A stretch of DNA of 64,000 bases, taken from the NCBI GenBank assembly GCA_963714425.1, contig CAVQOI010000006.1:6230-70229 (forward strand). The letters are read 5' to 3'. The position numbers and the translations under genes are program-made. The notes under the pieces were generated by a model. That model was not told the origin of the DNA and searched no databases. It saw only the letters and a list, made by a program, of their open reading frames with translations. Positions 38,490 to 49,902 of the stretch are shown here, piece by piece. This DNA is from an uncultured Chloroflexia bacterium (GTDB taxonomy: Bacteria > Chloroflexota > Anaerolineae > Anaerolineales > UBA4823). Numbering within the stretch: position 1 is the first letter of the stretch; the number at the start of each line of letters is the position of its first letter.

Positions 38490-39464
38490 ATGGCTAAGAA
38501 AACGGATCAAACACAAAACCGTGATCAGGAACCAACCCAACCCCCCGTTTCCCAAAAGCAGGAAACCGTGCGCATCAACGGCGTCGCCGCCGCGCTGGCT
38601 GTGCTGGTGGAGACGGTCGCCATCTTGGGGATTCCCCTGATGGATGGTCGCCTGGGCGACGATTGGATCGCTGCCTATGTGATTGTCCTGTCCCTGATCG
38701 CTGTGTATATCTTGATTGCCTTGAAGATTGCGCGTCAGTGGGAGAAAGTCATAGTGCTGCGCCTGGGCAAGTTCCATGGTTTGCGCGGTCCGGGCATGTT
38801 CTGGATCATCCCCATCGTGGATACCACGCCTATCTGGATCGACCACCGCGTCATGGTCACGCCCTTCAATGCCGAGAAGACCCTCACCAAGGACACCGTG
38901 CCGGTGGACGTGGACGCCGTGCTCTTTTGGCTGGTCTGGGATGCCGAGAAAGCCGCCCTGGAGGTGGAAGACTATCGCCTGGCGATCACCTGGGCAGCCC
39001 AGACGGCGCTGCGCGAGGTCATCGGGCAGATGCCGTTAGCCGATATCCTGGTGGGGCGCGCCCGCATGGACGCCGACCTGCAGGAGATTATCGACGAGCG
39101 CACCACGCCCTGGGGAATCTCTGTGCAGAGCGTCGAGATCCGCGACATCATCATCCCGCAGGCCCTGGAGGACGCCATGAGCCGCCAGGCGCAGGCTGAG
39201 CGCGAGCGCCAGGCGCGCGTCATCCTGGGCGAATCGGAGATGCAGATCGCCTCCAGCTTCGCCGAGGCCTCGCGAGCCTATGCGGATAACCCCACCGCAC
39301 TGCACCTGCGGGCGATGAACATGCTCTTTGAAGGGTTGAAGGAGAAGGGCGCCCTGGTGATTGTGCCCTCCAGCGCGGTGGATACCATGAACCTGGGTGG
39401 TCTGAGCGGCATGGTGGCCCTGGCGCAGAACAGCGCCGCGCACATAGAGGAGGATGAGGGCTAA
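38490..39464 (+). CDS. SPFH/stomatin (slipin) family protein
   Basis: VLRLGK, GPG, LTKDTVPVDVDAV, AQTALREVIG, QAQAERERQA. Confidence 0.93.
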   Translation: MAKKTDQTQNRDQEPTQPPVSQKQETVRINGVAAALAVLVETVAILGIPLMDGRLGDDWIAAYVIVLSLIAVYILIALKIARQWEKVIVLRLGKFHGLRGPGMFWIIPIVDTTPIWIDHRVMVTPFNAEKTLTKDTVPVDVDAVLFWLVWDAEKAALEVEDYRLAITWAAQTALREVIGQMPLADILVGRARMDADLQEIIDERTTPWGISVQSVEIRDIIIPQALEDAMSRQAQAERERQARVILGESEMQIASSFAEASRAYADNPTALHLRAMNMLFEGLKEKGALVIVPSSAVDTMNLGGLSGMVALAQNSAAHIEEDEG

Positions 39465-39477
39465 ACGTCCTCAACTT

Positions 39478-39562
39478 ATCTCCCCCCACCCCTGCCCTCA
39501 CCCAAAATGAATCAGCGCCAAAAGGATGGTTTTCCGGCGTAGTCACCGGAAAACCATCCTTT
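39478..39562. repeat. Bipartite element: C-rich unit + 17-bp hairpin
   Basis: ccccccacccctgccc then aaaggatggttttccgg-N8-ccggaaaaccatccttt. Confidence 0.7.
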
Positions 39563-39573
39563 ATAATACCCCT

Positions 39574-40437
39574 ATGTCTGCTCGTCGCGCACTGCGCCGC
39601 CTGCCATCCCTCCTGGGATGGACGCGCGCCAGCTATTACCTTCTGAGTGCCTTCCTGCTTACGGTGTTCCTGATCGCCTACATCTGGTGGCCGCTGGCAG
39701 AGGAGCTGCTCGCCTACGTCGACTGGCAGGGACCCTGGTGGCTGTATATGGACTGGCTGCTGCTGGGCATCTTCGCGGTCATATCCCTGCTGATCATGTC
39801 CGGAGCCGACCTGCGCCGCGATGCCCTGATCGTGGGGGTGGGTCTGGCGGGCGGGTTGGCGATCGAAGCCTGGGGCACGCAGACCAACCTATGGTTCTAC
39901 TACACCCACGAGCGCCCTCCGCTGTGGATCATCCCTGCCTGGCCGATTGCCAGCCTGGCGATCGATCGCATTGTGCGCTTCTTGGCTCGCCTGTTCCCGG
40001 CTCCATCCGAGCGACTTTACCGGCTGTCGTACTGGCTGGTCTTCCTCAACTTTTTCGCGCTTATGCTGGTCTTCATCGCCCCCACGCTGGATAAGTCTCT
40101 CACCTGGGCGGCTAGCCTGCTGACCGTGGCTTTCATCCTCACTCCCACAAATCACCGCACCGCCCTATTAACCTTCATCGCTGGCTCCGCTCTAGGCTAT
40201 TTTCTGGAATACTGGGGTACAACTCGGGAATGCTGGACGTACTATACGTTCCAAAAGCCGCCGCTCTTCGCCGTGCTGGCGCACGGGATGGCGGCGGTGT
40301 CATTCTGGCGGGCGGGGATGATCCTGTCGGTGGTCTGGCGTACACTCCGCACGGTCACTGCGCGGAGCTTTCTAGGTGGTGAAGCCGTCTTGCCTTACGC
40401 CTGGGCAGACCGATTGCTGCGAAAATTACGCTCCTAG
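39574..40437 (+). CDS. Polytopic membrane protein with duplicated E-x-W-G-T...W-x-Y-Y motif
   Basis: EAWGTQTNLWFYYT / EYWGTTRECWTYYT; TATAAT 6 nt before ATG. Confidence 0.78.
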   Translation: MSARRALRRLPSLLGWTRASYYLLSAFLLTVFLIAYIWWPLAEELLAYVDWQGPWWLYMDWLLLGIFAVISLLIMSGADLRRDALIVGVGLAGGLAIEAWGTQTNLWFYYTHERPPLWIIPAWPIASLAIDRIVRFLARLFPAPSERLYRLSYWLVFLNFFALMLVFIAPTLDKSLTWAASLLTVAFILTPTNHRTALLTFIAGSALGYFLEYWGTTRECWTYYTFQKPPLFAVLAHGMAAVSFWRAGMILSVVWRTLRTVTARSFLGGEAVLPYAWADRLLRKLRS

Positions 40438-40537
40438 GCATCCACAGGGGCGAAACGGTCTCGCCTGCCGCTCTCACAGCTCCATCATGAATAAACGGAG
40501 CATACGCAGTGATGCTCCTCGGAAAAAACCCTGACTT

Positions 40538-41428
40538 TTACCCCTGCCTGTTTAGCATCCGCTGCAGCCAGCCGCGCAGCCCGGGTTGGGATTCGGATTG
40601 CCAGCGCAAGATCTCGCTTTTAGCCTGAGCATAGCCACGTTCGATCAGTTCCTGGGGATGGGTGAAATCCCACACTGGCGCAGGTGTAGCGCTCTGCAGG
40701 TGGATAAGCCGCAACTGCACGCTTCTCGCTGAAGCCAAAGCTATTTCCAGCTGCAGCTGCCGCCGGTCTACGGTGGCGAGCAAGCGAGCCAGGAACACGC
40801 TAAAGCCTCCGGATTCGTTCTCCAGGCCGGAGAGGTCGGTCAGATCCAGGGCGATGATCTCCGTTGCGCCTGCAAGCATGGCTGGCTCGATGGGCACGTT
40901 GCTGACCACACCCCCGTCCATGAGCAGCTGCTGGCCTTTTTCAATAGGCGCCACCCAGGGGGGAAGTGCCGTGGAAGCTAGCAAGCCTTCCATAACCGAT
41001 TCATTCTGGTCCATGCCGTACAGCACCGGAGAGCCGCTTTTCAAGTCGGCAGTCACCAGAATCAGGCGGGGACCATGCAGGTCGCTGAAACGCAGGCTGC
41101 TCTCGATTCCGTGCGCAACAAAAAAATCTCTCAGTAGGTGCGACGGCTGGACGTCGGAGCGGCGGAACATCGAGCGCACGGTGAGCCACAGGTAATTCTG
41201 CGGTAGGAGATCTGCCTCGGCAGCGTCGTACCAGGCCTGTTCCAGCTCATCTAAGCTCTGCAGGTTGACGCCGCGCAGCGCTAAAAAGGTGGCGTTGATT
41301 GCCCCGGCTGACGTGCCCACCAGCAGTTCCGGCTGGTACCCGGCTTCGAGTAGGGCGCGCAGTGCGCCCACTTGCAGCGCGCCGCGTGCCCCGCCTCCAC
41401 CCAATGCGAATGCCAGTTGCTTTTTCAT
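40538..41428 (-). CDS. Patatin-like phospholipase
   Basis: GGGARG, GTSAG, DGG. Confidence 0.93.
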   Translation of the reverse strand: MKKQLAFALGGGGARGALQVGALRALLEAGYQPELLVGTSAGAINATFLALRGVNLQSLDELEQAWYDAAEADLLPQNYLWLTVRSMFRRSDVQPSHLLRDFFVAHGIESSLRFSDLHGPRLILVTADLKSGSPVLYGMDQNESVMEGLLASTALPPWVAPIEKGQQLLMDGGVVSNVPIEPAMLAGATEIIALDLTDLSGLENESGGFSVFLARLLATVDRRQLQLEIALASARSVQLRLIHLQSATPAPVWDFTHPQELIERGYAQAKSEILRWQSESQPGLRGWLQRMLNRQG

Positions 41429-41478
41429 CCTAATCTTCTTTACGCATAGGCAGCGGGAAAGGTTGCATGGGGTAAATT

Positions 41479-41571
41479 GCCGAAATCAGGTTTTCCAGCG
41501 GCGTAGCCGCTGGAAAACCTGATTTCGGCTGCCCCCCCTTCCCCTCGGGAAGGGGGGATGGGGGGATGGGC
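41479..41571. repeat. Bipartite element: 24-bp perfect hairpin + C/G-rich REP-like unit
   Basis: gccgaaatcaggttttccagcggc-gta-gccgctggaaaacctgatttcggc then ccccttccc..gggaagggggg. Confidence 0.75.
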
Positions 41572-41580
41572 ATATCGGAC

Positions 41581-43539
41581 TCATTCCTGCACGCTTACCA
41601 GAACTGCGCGCACAACCCGCCGCCAGGAGTAATCGCCGCTCTTTTCATTAAATCCCTGGCAGGTGATCAGAGTGACCCAATCCAGGTCCTCGTGCTTGAG
41701 CACGCCCAGTTGCTCCGGTTTGACCATCGTATTCTCGCGCACCTCGTATATATAGCGTGTGCCCCAGGCGTGGATGACCACCTGGTCGCCAAAACGCAGC
41801 GTGTGCAGTTTCGCGAAGGGCCCCGGCTTGCCATCCGAGAGCACGGTATGCCCCGCCAGGCCGGTGTTGCCCTGCCAGGTGGGAAACGCGGTGCCCTCCA
41901 GGTATCCAGCCTGGTCGCCCAGCCAGCGCACGTCCCACCCGCTGCCCGATTTGGGCACCCCGGCGATTTCCATCTGCACATCCAGGGCGGGGATGTCCAG
42001 CGTCATGGCGCCGTAGTCCTGGTAAGACAGGCTGGCGGGCTGGGCAGGGAGCGCGGTCTGCACCATGGGAGCGAAACCTGTCTCAGGTAGCTGCACCGGC
42101 CCCAGCAGGCTCAGGAATGCCTCGCCAGCGCGCGTTTTCCGGTTCGGGTCGCGCCCATTGGCGCCCACTACAAACCAGTTGCCATGCACGCTCACAGACT
42201 TGCCGAAGTAGTCGTCCTCCTGGGCAGGATCGGTGACGGCACGCGTTTGCATGCTCCATTCGCCGTTGGCTTTTTTGAATACATACACTGCCCCGGCCCC
42301 AGAGTTGCCCGATTGGGTTGCGCCATCGGCGCCCACCACAATCGTGTCGCCATAGATATCCACCGACTGTCCGAACTGGTCGAAGGGCAGGCCATAAGGC
42401 GCGGTGAGCATGGTGGTCTCCTCCCACTCGTCACCGGTATCGGTAAAAACGTAAGCTGCTCCGCCGCTGGTCACGCGTCCATTGCCAATTTTCGGGTCGG
42501 CGTGGCTGGCGCCAACTACCACCGTTTTGCCGTATACTGCCACCGAGTTGCCGAATGCGTCGCCCGGGCGATCGTCTGTGGCTTCCAGACAAGCTATTTG
42601 ATTCCAATTTCCTCCACTTCGGCTGAACAGGATCACCTTGCCGGGACCGCTCACATCCGTGGGGTCGAACTGGGTGGCGCCGACCGCCGCCAGGTTTCCG
42701 TAGATTGCGACAGACGTGCCGAAGTAATCGCCGAACCAAGGGAGGCAGGACTTGTTTATATCAAGGTAAGAATCATTGTCGGCCTTACCAGGAAACAGCT
42801 TGGCCTGCTGCCTCCAGTTCTTGCCGCTGCCGTAGAAGACATAGGCTGCTCCCCCATCGAAAAAGAGTGGGAATATATCCGTGGGATCTGGTCCAACAAC
42901 CTTTAGATCCTTGGTTTCCGCAGCGACAACGGCGGTGTTCTTATGGATGGCAACCGCTGAGCCGAAACCATCGTCCTCGGCGCGGTCGTCGGGGATGAGC
43001 TTGACCTGCTGCACCCAATCGCCGCTGGTGCGCGTGAACACGTAGGCCGCGCCGGCGTCCTTGAGCTCACCATCCTCCTCGTTCTCAATCTCGTCCTCAT
43101 CCGTGATATCCACACCGGTGGCGCCGACGAGGATAGTGTTACCGCTAATGGCAACCGAGACGCCAAATGTATCCCCAGGGGACGGGTTTTTAGCCGTGAG
43201 CTTGGCATCCAGGATCCAGGTTTTCCCGTTGTAGGTGTAAACATAGGCAGCCCCGGCGTTGTCGATGGGACCGTTGCCCAGGTTTGGGTCGGCATTGCGC
43301 GCCCCCACCACGGCGGTGTTGCCATCGATTGCCACAGCGAAGCCGAACTCGTCCAGGATATCCCCATCGGGCGCGGCCACCGACCACTGCTGGACGACGC
43401 CCAATGACGACAGGGCGCTGGGGGCTGGTTGCACGGCTGCCAGGCCGGGCGGTGCCGCCAGCGAGAAAGCCAGTGCGATAAGCAGTGGGATGGCTAGCAG
43501 GCGTTTGTGCTTTGTGTGGGTTGTACCTGTAGGTTGCAT
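41581..43539 (-). CDS. Secreted FG-GAP repeat beta-propeller fused to a sortase domain
   Basis: Signal peptide; about 7 FGxSVAIxGxxxVVGA...GAAYVF repeats; LPETG; sortase AGH, TLITC, R; RBS GGAGGAG. Confidence 0.88.
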   Translation of the reverse strand: MQPTGTTHTKHKRLLAIPLLIALAFSLAAPPGLAAVQPAPSALSSLGVVQQWSVAAPDGDILDEFGFAVAIDGNTAVVGARNADPNLGNGPIDNAGAAYVYTYNGKTWILDAKLTAKNPSPGDTFGVSVAISGNTILVGATGVDITDEDEIENEEDGELKDAGAAYVFTRTSGDWVQQVKLIPDDRAEDDGFGSAVAIHKNTAVVAAETKDLKVVGPDPTDIFPLFFDGGAAYVFYGSGKNWRQQAKLFPGKADNDSYLDINKSCLPWFGDYFGTSVAIYGNLAAVGATQFDPTDVSGPGKVILFSRSGGNWNQIACLEATDDRPGDAFGNSVAVYGKTVVVGASHADPKIGNGRVTSGGAAYVFTDTGDEWEETTMLTAPYGLPFDQFGQSVDIYGDTIVVGADGATQSGNSGAGAVYVFKKANGEWSMQTRAVTDPAQEDDYFGKSVSVHGNWFVVGANGRDPNRKTRAGEAFLSLLGPVQLPETGFAPMVQTALPAQPASLSYQDYGAMTLDIPALDVQMEIAGVPKSGSGWDVRWLGDQAGYLEGTAFPTWQGNTGLAGHTVLSDGKPGPFAKLHTLRFGDQVVIHAWGTRYIYEVRENTMVKPEQLGVLKHEDLDWVTLITCQGFNEKSGDYSWRRVVRAVLVSVQE

Positions 43540-43799
43540 GGTTCTCCTCCACCTGAAAATTGCTATCGATGAAAGCAGTGATGCGATTAACAGCGTTGGG
43601 AAACGCATCCGGGAATGAGACCGTCCACGATTTGTGCCATGAATCCACGAAACGCATCCAAGTGGTATCCGTGGATTTGTGTGTCATGCATGGAAGACCC
43701 TCCCAGGTTTCGATTTCTAAGCGCGTATGCTCCTAATTGTAATACGCATTGTGCCCGAAAATGGCTGATTGCCGGGTGAAATTGGTCACAATTAGAGAA

Positions 43800-43945
43800 G
43801 AGGAGCTGCCTGCTTCGCTGCCCGTGTCCGCTGCTGTCTTCACCCAGGGCCGGTCCGGGCTCGAGTCAACGCTTGTAGCCATGGCGCTGCTGCCGGGTTG
43901 ATCGGCGTGCGCCTCGCCACGCCCCTGGTGGCGGGGTTGCTGGGC
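43800..43945 (+). pseudogene. Decayed copy of the 5' end of the TSUP gene at 47065
   Basis: gctgtcttcacccag..tccggg..atggcgctgctgcc..ttgatcggc..cgc.tcgccacgcccctggtggcg aligns by eye with about 47100-47205. Confidence 0.7.
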
Positions 43946-43984
43946 GAGGCGTACAAACCCTCCAATTTCGAGGTATAATAATGG

Positions 43985-43995
43985 ATAATGATTAT
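43985..43995 (+). promoter_or_regulatory. Per/Fur box core
   Basis: ATAAT-G-ATTAT just downstream of TATAAT, upstream of the Fur-family gene. Confidence 0.6.
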
Positions 43996-44025
43996 TAGTA
44001 AAGATCAATTCTCAATAGAAGTCTC

Positions 44026-44463
44026 ATGACTGATCCAGATGTCCGTTTTAATCAACTGGTTGCCGCATTGAAGGAGCGCGATTTCCGGCTGACCCCCCAA
44101 CGCGTCGAGCTGGTGCGTTTGATTGCAGTGAGTGAAGGTCATCCCAGTGCAAGTGAACTATATACAAAAATCAATGGCAAGTTTCCAACCATGAGTCGTG
44201 CAACAGTGTACAAAACCCTCACTTTGTTGAAAGAAATGAACCAGGTGTTGGAGATCGATTTGCGTAACGACAGCCGTTATGATGGCAACCGTCCCCAACC
44301 TCATCCCCACTTGATATGCATCCAGTGTAACAAGATTCTCGATGGGGATGTGTCTCTCGACCAGGAATCCCTGCGGAGTTTGGAGCAGGCGTCAGGTTTT
44401 AAGATTCTCCGGCCGCAAATATCCCTGTATGGGCTTTGCCCGGATTGTAACGAGGAGAGATAA
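44026..44463 (+). CDS. perR: Fur family regulator, PerR-like
   Basis: RLTPQR, HPSA, SRATVY, RYD, HPHLICIQC, CPDC; precedes katG. Confidence 0.85.
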   Translation: MTDPDVRFNQLVAALKERDFRLTPQRVELVRLIAVSEGHPSASELYTKINGKFPTMSRATVYKTLTLLKEMNQVLEIDLRNDSRYDGNRPQPHPHLICIQCNKILDGDVSLDQESLRSLEQASGFKILRPQISLYGLCPDCNEER

Positions 44464-44524
44464 GATCCTCTTTTTCATGAAACAACGGATCACATATTCA
44501 TCGTAGGGCTGCTCAACAATTTAA

Positions 44525-46738
<2,214 letters not shown>

Positions 46739-46801
46739 TCGTAACATAAACATTTTCGAGACCTTCTGACAGGGCTGCGAAAACACAGCCAACGAACAAC
46801 T

Positions 46802-46836
46802 GGATCAGCGGACGGCATATCGCCATCCGCTGATCC
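46802..46836. terminator. Hairpin downstream of katG
   Basis: ggatcagcgga...tccgctgatcc, followed by gtttt. Confidence 0.45.
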
Positions 46837-47064
46837 GGAAGTTTTGGGAGCTGCAGAAGTAATCCATCCGACCTTGTGTCACGCTTCAGCAGCCAGAGGA
46901 AGGCGCGAAAAACCAGCCTCCCCCCGCACGTCCATTCGCGAGCATACCTTCCAAAACCTTTGGTGGATTTAGCTATTCATTGCTATTGGCATTGAAAGCT
47001 CCCTGGCAATCTTTTTCCCTATCCCACTTGAAAATCGATTACAATCCCCCCGTTTGGGTCCAAC

Positions 47065-47775
47065 ATGCAAGAGATCGCCGTCGCCCTGGTCGTCTTCACA
47101 GCTGTCTTCACACAGAGCCTGTCCGGGTTCGGATCGGCGCTGGTGGCGATGGCTCTGCTGCCCGCCTTGATTGGCATACGCATCGCCACACCGCTGGTGG
47201 CGGTTGTGGCGATGAGCCTCGAGGCCTTCTTGCTGCTGCGCTATCGCCGCTCCCTCAACCTGCGCCTGGTATGGCGGCTTGCAGTTGGTTCGCTGGTCGG
47301 CATCCCGCTGGGCATGCTCGCCTTGCGGCGCATCGACGAAGATGTCGCCTTGACAGCCCTGGGGGTGGTGATTATTCTCTACGCCCTGTATGCCCTGTTC
47401 GAGCTCAAGCCGCCAGCGCTCAACCATCCCGCCTGGGCGTATACTTTCGGGCTTGTAGCAGGTATGTTGGGCGGGGCGTACAATACCTCAGGCCCGCCGG
47501 TGGTGGTGTATGGCAACGCCCGGCGCTGGTCTCCTCTGGAGTTCAAGAGCAACTTGCAGGGTTTCTTCTTCCTGAACAGCGTGTTGGTTGTCACCGGGCA
47601 CGCTCTAAGCGGCAACTTCAGCCCCCAGGTATGGCGTTATTACTGGATCGCCCTGCCGGCGCTGGCGCTTGGGGTGCTGGTGGGGGTGAGCCTGGACAGG
47701 CGCGTCAATCCGGCGACATTTCGCAAGATCGTGCTGGTGCTGCTGCTGGTGATGGGGGTCAGGCTGGTTTTGTAA
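47065..47775 (+). CDS. Sulfite exporter TauE/SafE (TSUP) family
   Basis: QSLSGFGSAL, GIPLG, GMLGG..NTSGPP. Confidence 0.9.
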   Translation: MQEIAVALVVFTAVFTQSLSGFGSALVAMALLPALIGIRIATPLVAVVAMSLEAFLLLRYRRSLNLRLVWRLAVGSLVGIPLGMLALRRIDEDVALTALGVVIILYALYALFELKPPALNHPAWAYTFGLVAGMLGGAYNTSGPPVVVYGNARRWSPLEFKSNLQGFFFLNSVLVVTGHALSGNFSPQVWRYYWIALPALALGVLVGVSLDRRVNPATFRKIVLVLLLVMGVRLVL

Positions 47776-47779
47776 TCTA

Positions 47780-47960
47780 TCCGTTCAGGATGGTCAAGAT
47801 CGAGACCGAAGACGAACCAGGTGATGGCGCTCATCACCAGCATCTCCCCCGTCTCCTCGATCATTTTCATGATCTCGGATATCCCCGGCCGTTTCAACAT
47901 ATCTCATCCATATCCACCAGCACGCCGAACAGCGCCAGCAGGACTACCAGGCAAGCACGG
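47780..47960 (-). pseudogene. Fragment of a membrane protein gene
   Basis: Broken frames LVVLLALFGVLVDM and MIEETGEMLVMSAITWFVF; no start context. Confidence 0.4.
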
Positions 47961-48113
47961 TCCTGGCCACTGCCCGTGCGAGGGTCGCTCATGCAACTTG
48001 CAGCAAATCATCATTGGTCTTTAAAGAACTCATGAGCTGAATTCTGGTGCTTGCAGCAATAATGATCATGCGGGCGCATACGCCCGCATGATCTTTTTAC
48101 TGCTATGGTTGGT

Positions 48114-48443
48114 TTACCAATCGTTACGCCTGCCCCTGCCACCCTGACCGCCCTGGCCGCGCCGGTCGGAGTATCCACCGCGCCCGCGGTCACTCCTTTC
48201 CTCACGTGGCCTGGCTGGGTTCACGGTCAGGCTCCGACCTTTGAAATCGGTCCCGTTCAAGGCCGTGATCGCACTCTGCGCGGCTGTATCGTCCGCCATT
48301 TCAACGAACCCAAATCCGCGTGAGCGACCGGTGATCTTATCCCGGATCACCGCCGCAGAGGCGACGTCTCCATGGGTGGCGAACAGCTCCCGAAGTTCGT
48401 CCTCGGTTGTGTCGAAGTTCAAATTGCCGACATAGATATTCAT
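48114..48443 (-). CDS. RRM RNA-binding protein
   Basis: RNP2 IYVGNL, RNP1 RGFGFVEM, Gly/Arg tail. Confidence 0.95.
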   Translation of the reverse strand: MNIYVGNLNFDTTEDELRELFATHGDVASAAVIRDKITGRSRGFGFVEMADDTAAQSAITALNGTDFKGRSLTVNPARPREERSDRGRGGYSDRRGQGGQGGRGRRNDW

Positions 48444-48598
48444 CTTCTCCTCAATCTCCTGTTTGCAAAACGAGTATTCTTCACACTATTTCGAGGCCGA
48501 ACGTAGGAGCGCGCACTGATCGTCATCGAACGGTAAATCGATATTCGGTATTATACACCTGTTTTGATAACAGGTATTTGATACAATTACACCAATTT

Positions 48599-49651
48599 AT
48601 GAAGGCTCACAAGGATTCCCACTCCCCTGAAAGTAAAGACAATCCCACGCATGAACATAACCCTGCCGCAGATGGATGGCTGAGACGCATTGCAAATGCC
48701 ATCTCACCCCACGAACATGGCCATGGCGGGGTGGCGCTCGACCGCGCACTCGCAACCGAGCGAGGGATCTGGGCGCTAAAGATCTCCTTGGGGGGGTTGC
48801 TGGCGACGGCGATCTTTCAGGTGGGGGTGGTGGCAATCAGCGGCAGTGTGGCCCTGCTGGCTGATACGCTGCACAACTTCTCCGACGCCCTAACAGCCAT
48901 CCCGTTGTGGCTGGCCTTCAGCCTGTCACGGCGCTCGAGCAACCGGCGCTACACCTATGGCTACGGGCGTGCCGAAGACCTGGCTGGAGTTGCTATTGTT
49001 GCCATGATCCTTATCAGCGCCTTAGCGACCTTCTACCAATCCTATCTGAAGATTATTAACCCTCAACCAATAGCCAATATCGGATGGGTGGCTGCTGCGG
49101 CGCTGATCGGCTTTGCTGGTAACGAGCTGGTAGCGCTCTTCCGCATCCGTGTCGGCAAGCAGATCGGCTCTGCAGCCTTGATCGCTGATGGCATGCATGC
49201 CCGCACTGACGGGCTAACCTCGCTGGGCGTGCTGGCTGGTGTGATCGGGGTGTGGTTGGGCTTCCCCATGGCCGACCCGCTGGTGGGATTCGCCATCGGT
49301 CTGGCAATCCTGTGGATAGTATGGAACGCGAGCAGGGAGATTTTACTGCGCGCCATGGACGCAGTCGACCCGACACTCTCTCGGCAGATCGAATCGATTA
49401 CTCGCTCAGTGGCAGGGGTGATGGATGTGCACGATGTGGCGTTACGCTGGCTGGGGCACCGCCAGCGAGGGGAGCTGCACATCACGGTGGACTGTCAGTT
49501 GCCAACCTATGCCAGCCACCGCATCGCCGAAGAAGTGCGCCATGAGCTGTTCCACGCCCTTCCGGCCCTATCGACCATGACCGTACACGTGGACCCGTGC
49601 GAGTGCGAGTTTACTCACCAGCACCACCCGGCGGAGCATCACGGGGGTTAG
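48599..49651 (+). CDS. Cation diffusion facilitator transporter
   Basis: ADTLHNFSD, YGYGRAE, HARTD, His-rich termini; start uncertain. Confidence 0.92.
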   Translation: MKAHKDSHSPESKDNPTHEHNPAADGWLRRIANAISPHEHGHGGVALDRALATERGIWALKISLGGLLATAIFQVGVVAISGSVALLADTLHNFSDALTAIPLWLAFSLSRRSSNRRYTYGYGRAEDLAGVAIVAMILISALATFYQSYLKIINPQPIANIGWVAAAALIGFAGNELVALFRIRVGKQIGSAALIADGMHARTDGLTSLGVLAGVIGVWLGFPMADPLVGFAIGLAILWIVWNASREILLRAMDAVDPTLSRQIESITRSVAGVMDVHDVALRWLGHRQRGELHITVDCQLPTYASHRIAEEVRHELFHALPALSTMTVHVDPCECEFTHQHHPAEHHGG

Positions 49652-49665
49652 TTTAGGATTTGAAA

Positions 49666-49692
49666 ATGGGTCGGATTGCCAATCCGACCCAT
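49666..49692. repeat. Palindrome (REP-like/terminator)
   Basis: atgggtcggattg-c-caatccgacccat. Confidence 0.6.
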
Positions 49693-49902
49693 CAATGAGA
49701 ATATAGCGCGGTCTGAAAATGCAATTGTGCACTTTTTCATTAATTTGATTTTGCTACAATAATCCTCTATAAATATAGCAAAACCGATCTTCATCCTCGT
49801 AATAGCGAGCGCTGCTGAATGAGGATCAACGCAGCCGGCTGACAGGGTCTGTCTGATTGAGCCGTTTTGGTGTCTGCTAACTTGACTCCAGGAGAGATCA
49901 AA

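Noticed and set aside
46790-46850. Possible integron attC site after katG
   Set aside because: Only loose AAC/GTT ends, single copy, no intI or cassette array; a simple hairpin explains it.
46980-48035. 351-aa ORF and similar long overlapping or antisense ORFs (e.g. 13073-13918, 19779-20633, 59715-60611, 62602-63441)
   Set aside because: Shadow frames of real GC-rich genes, with no motifs or RBS.
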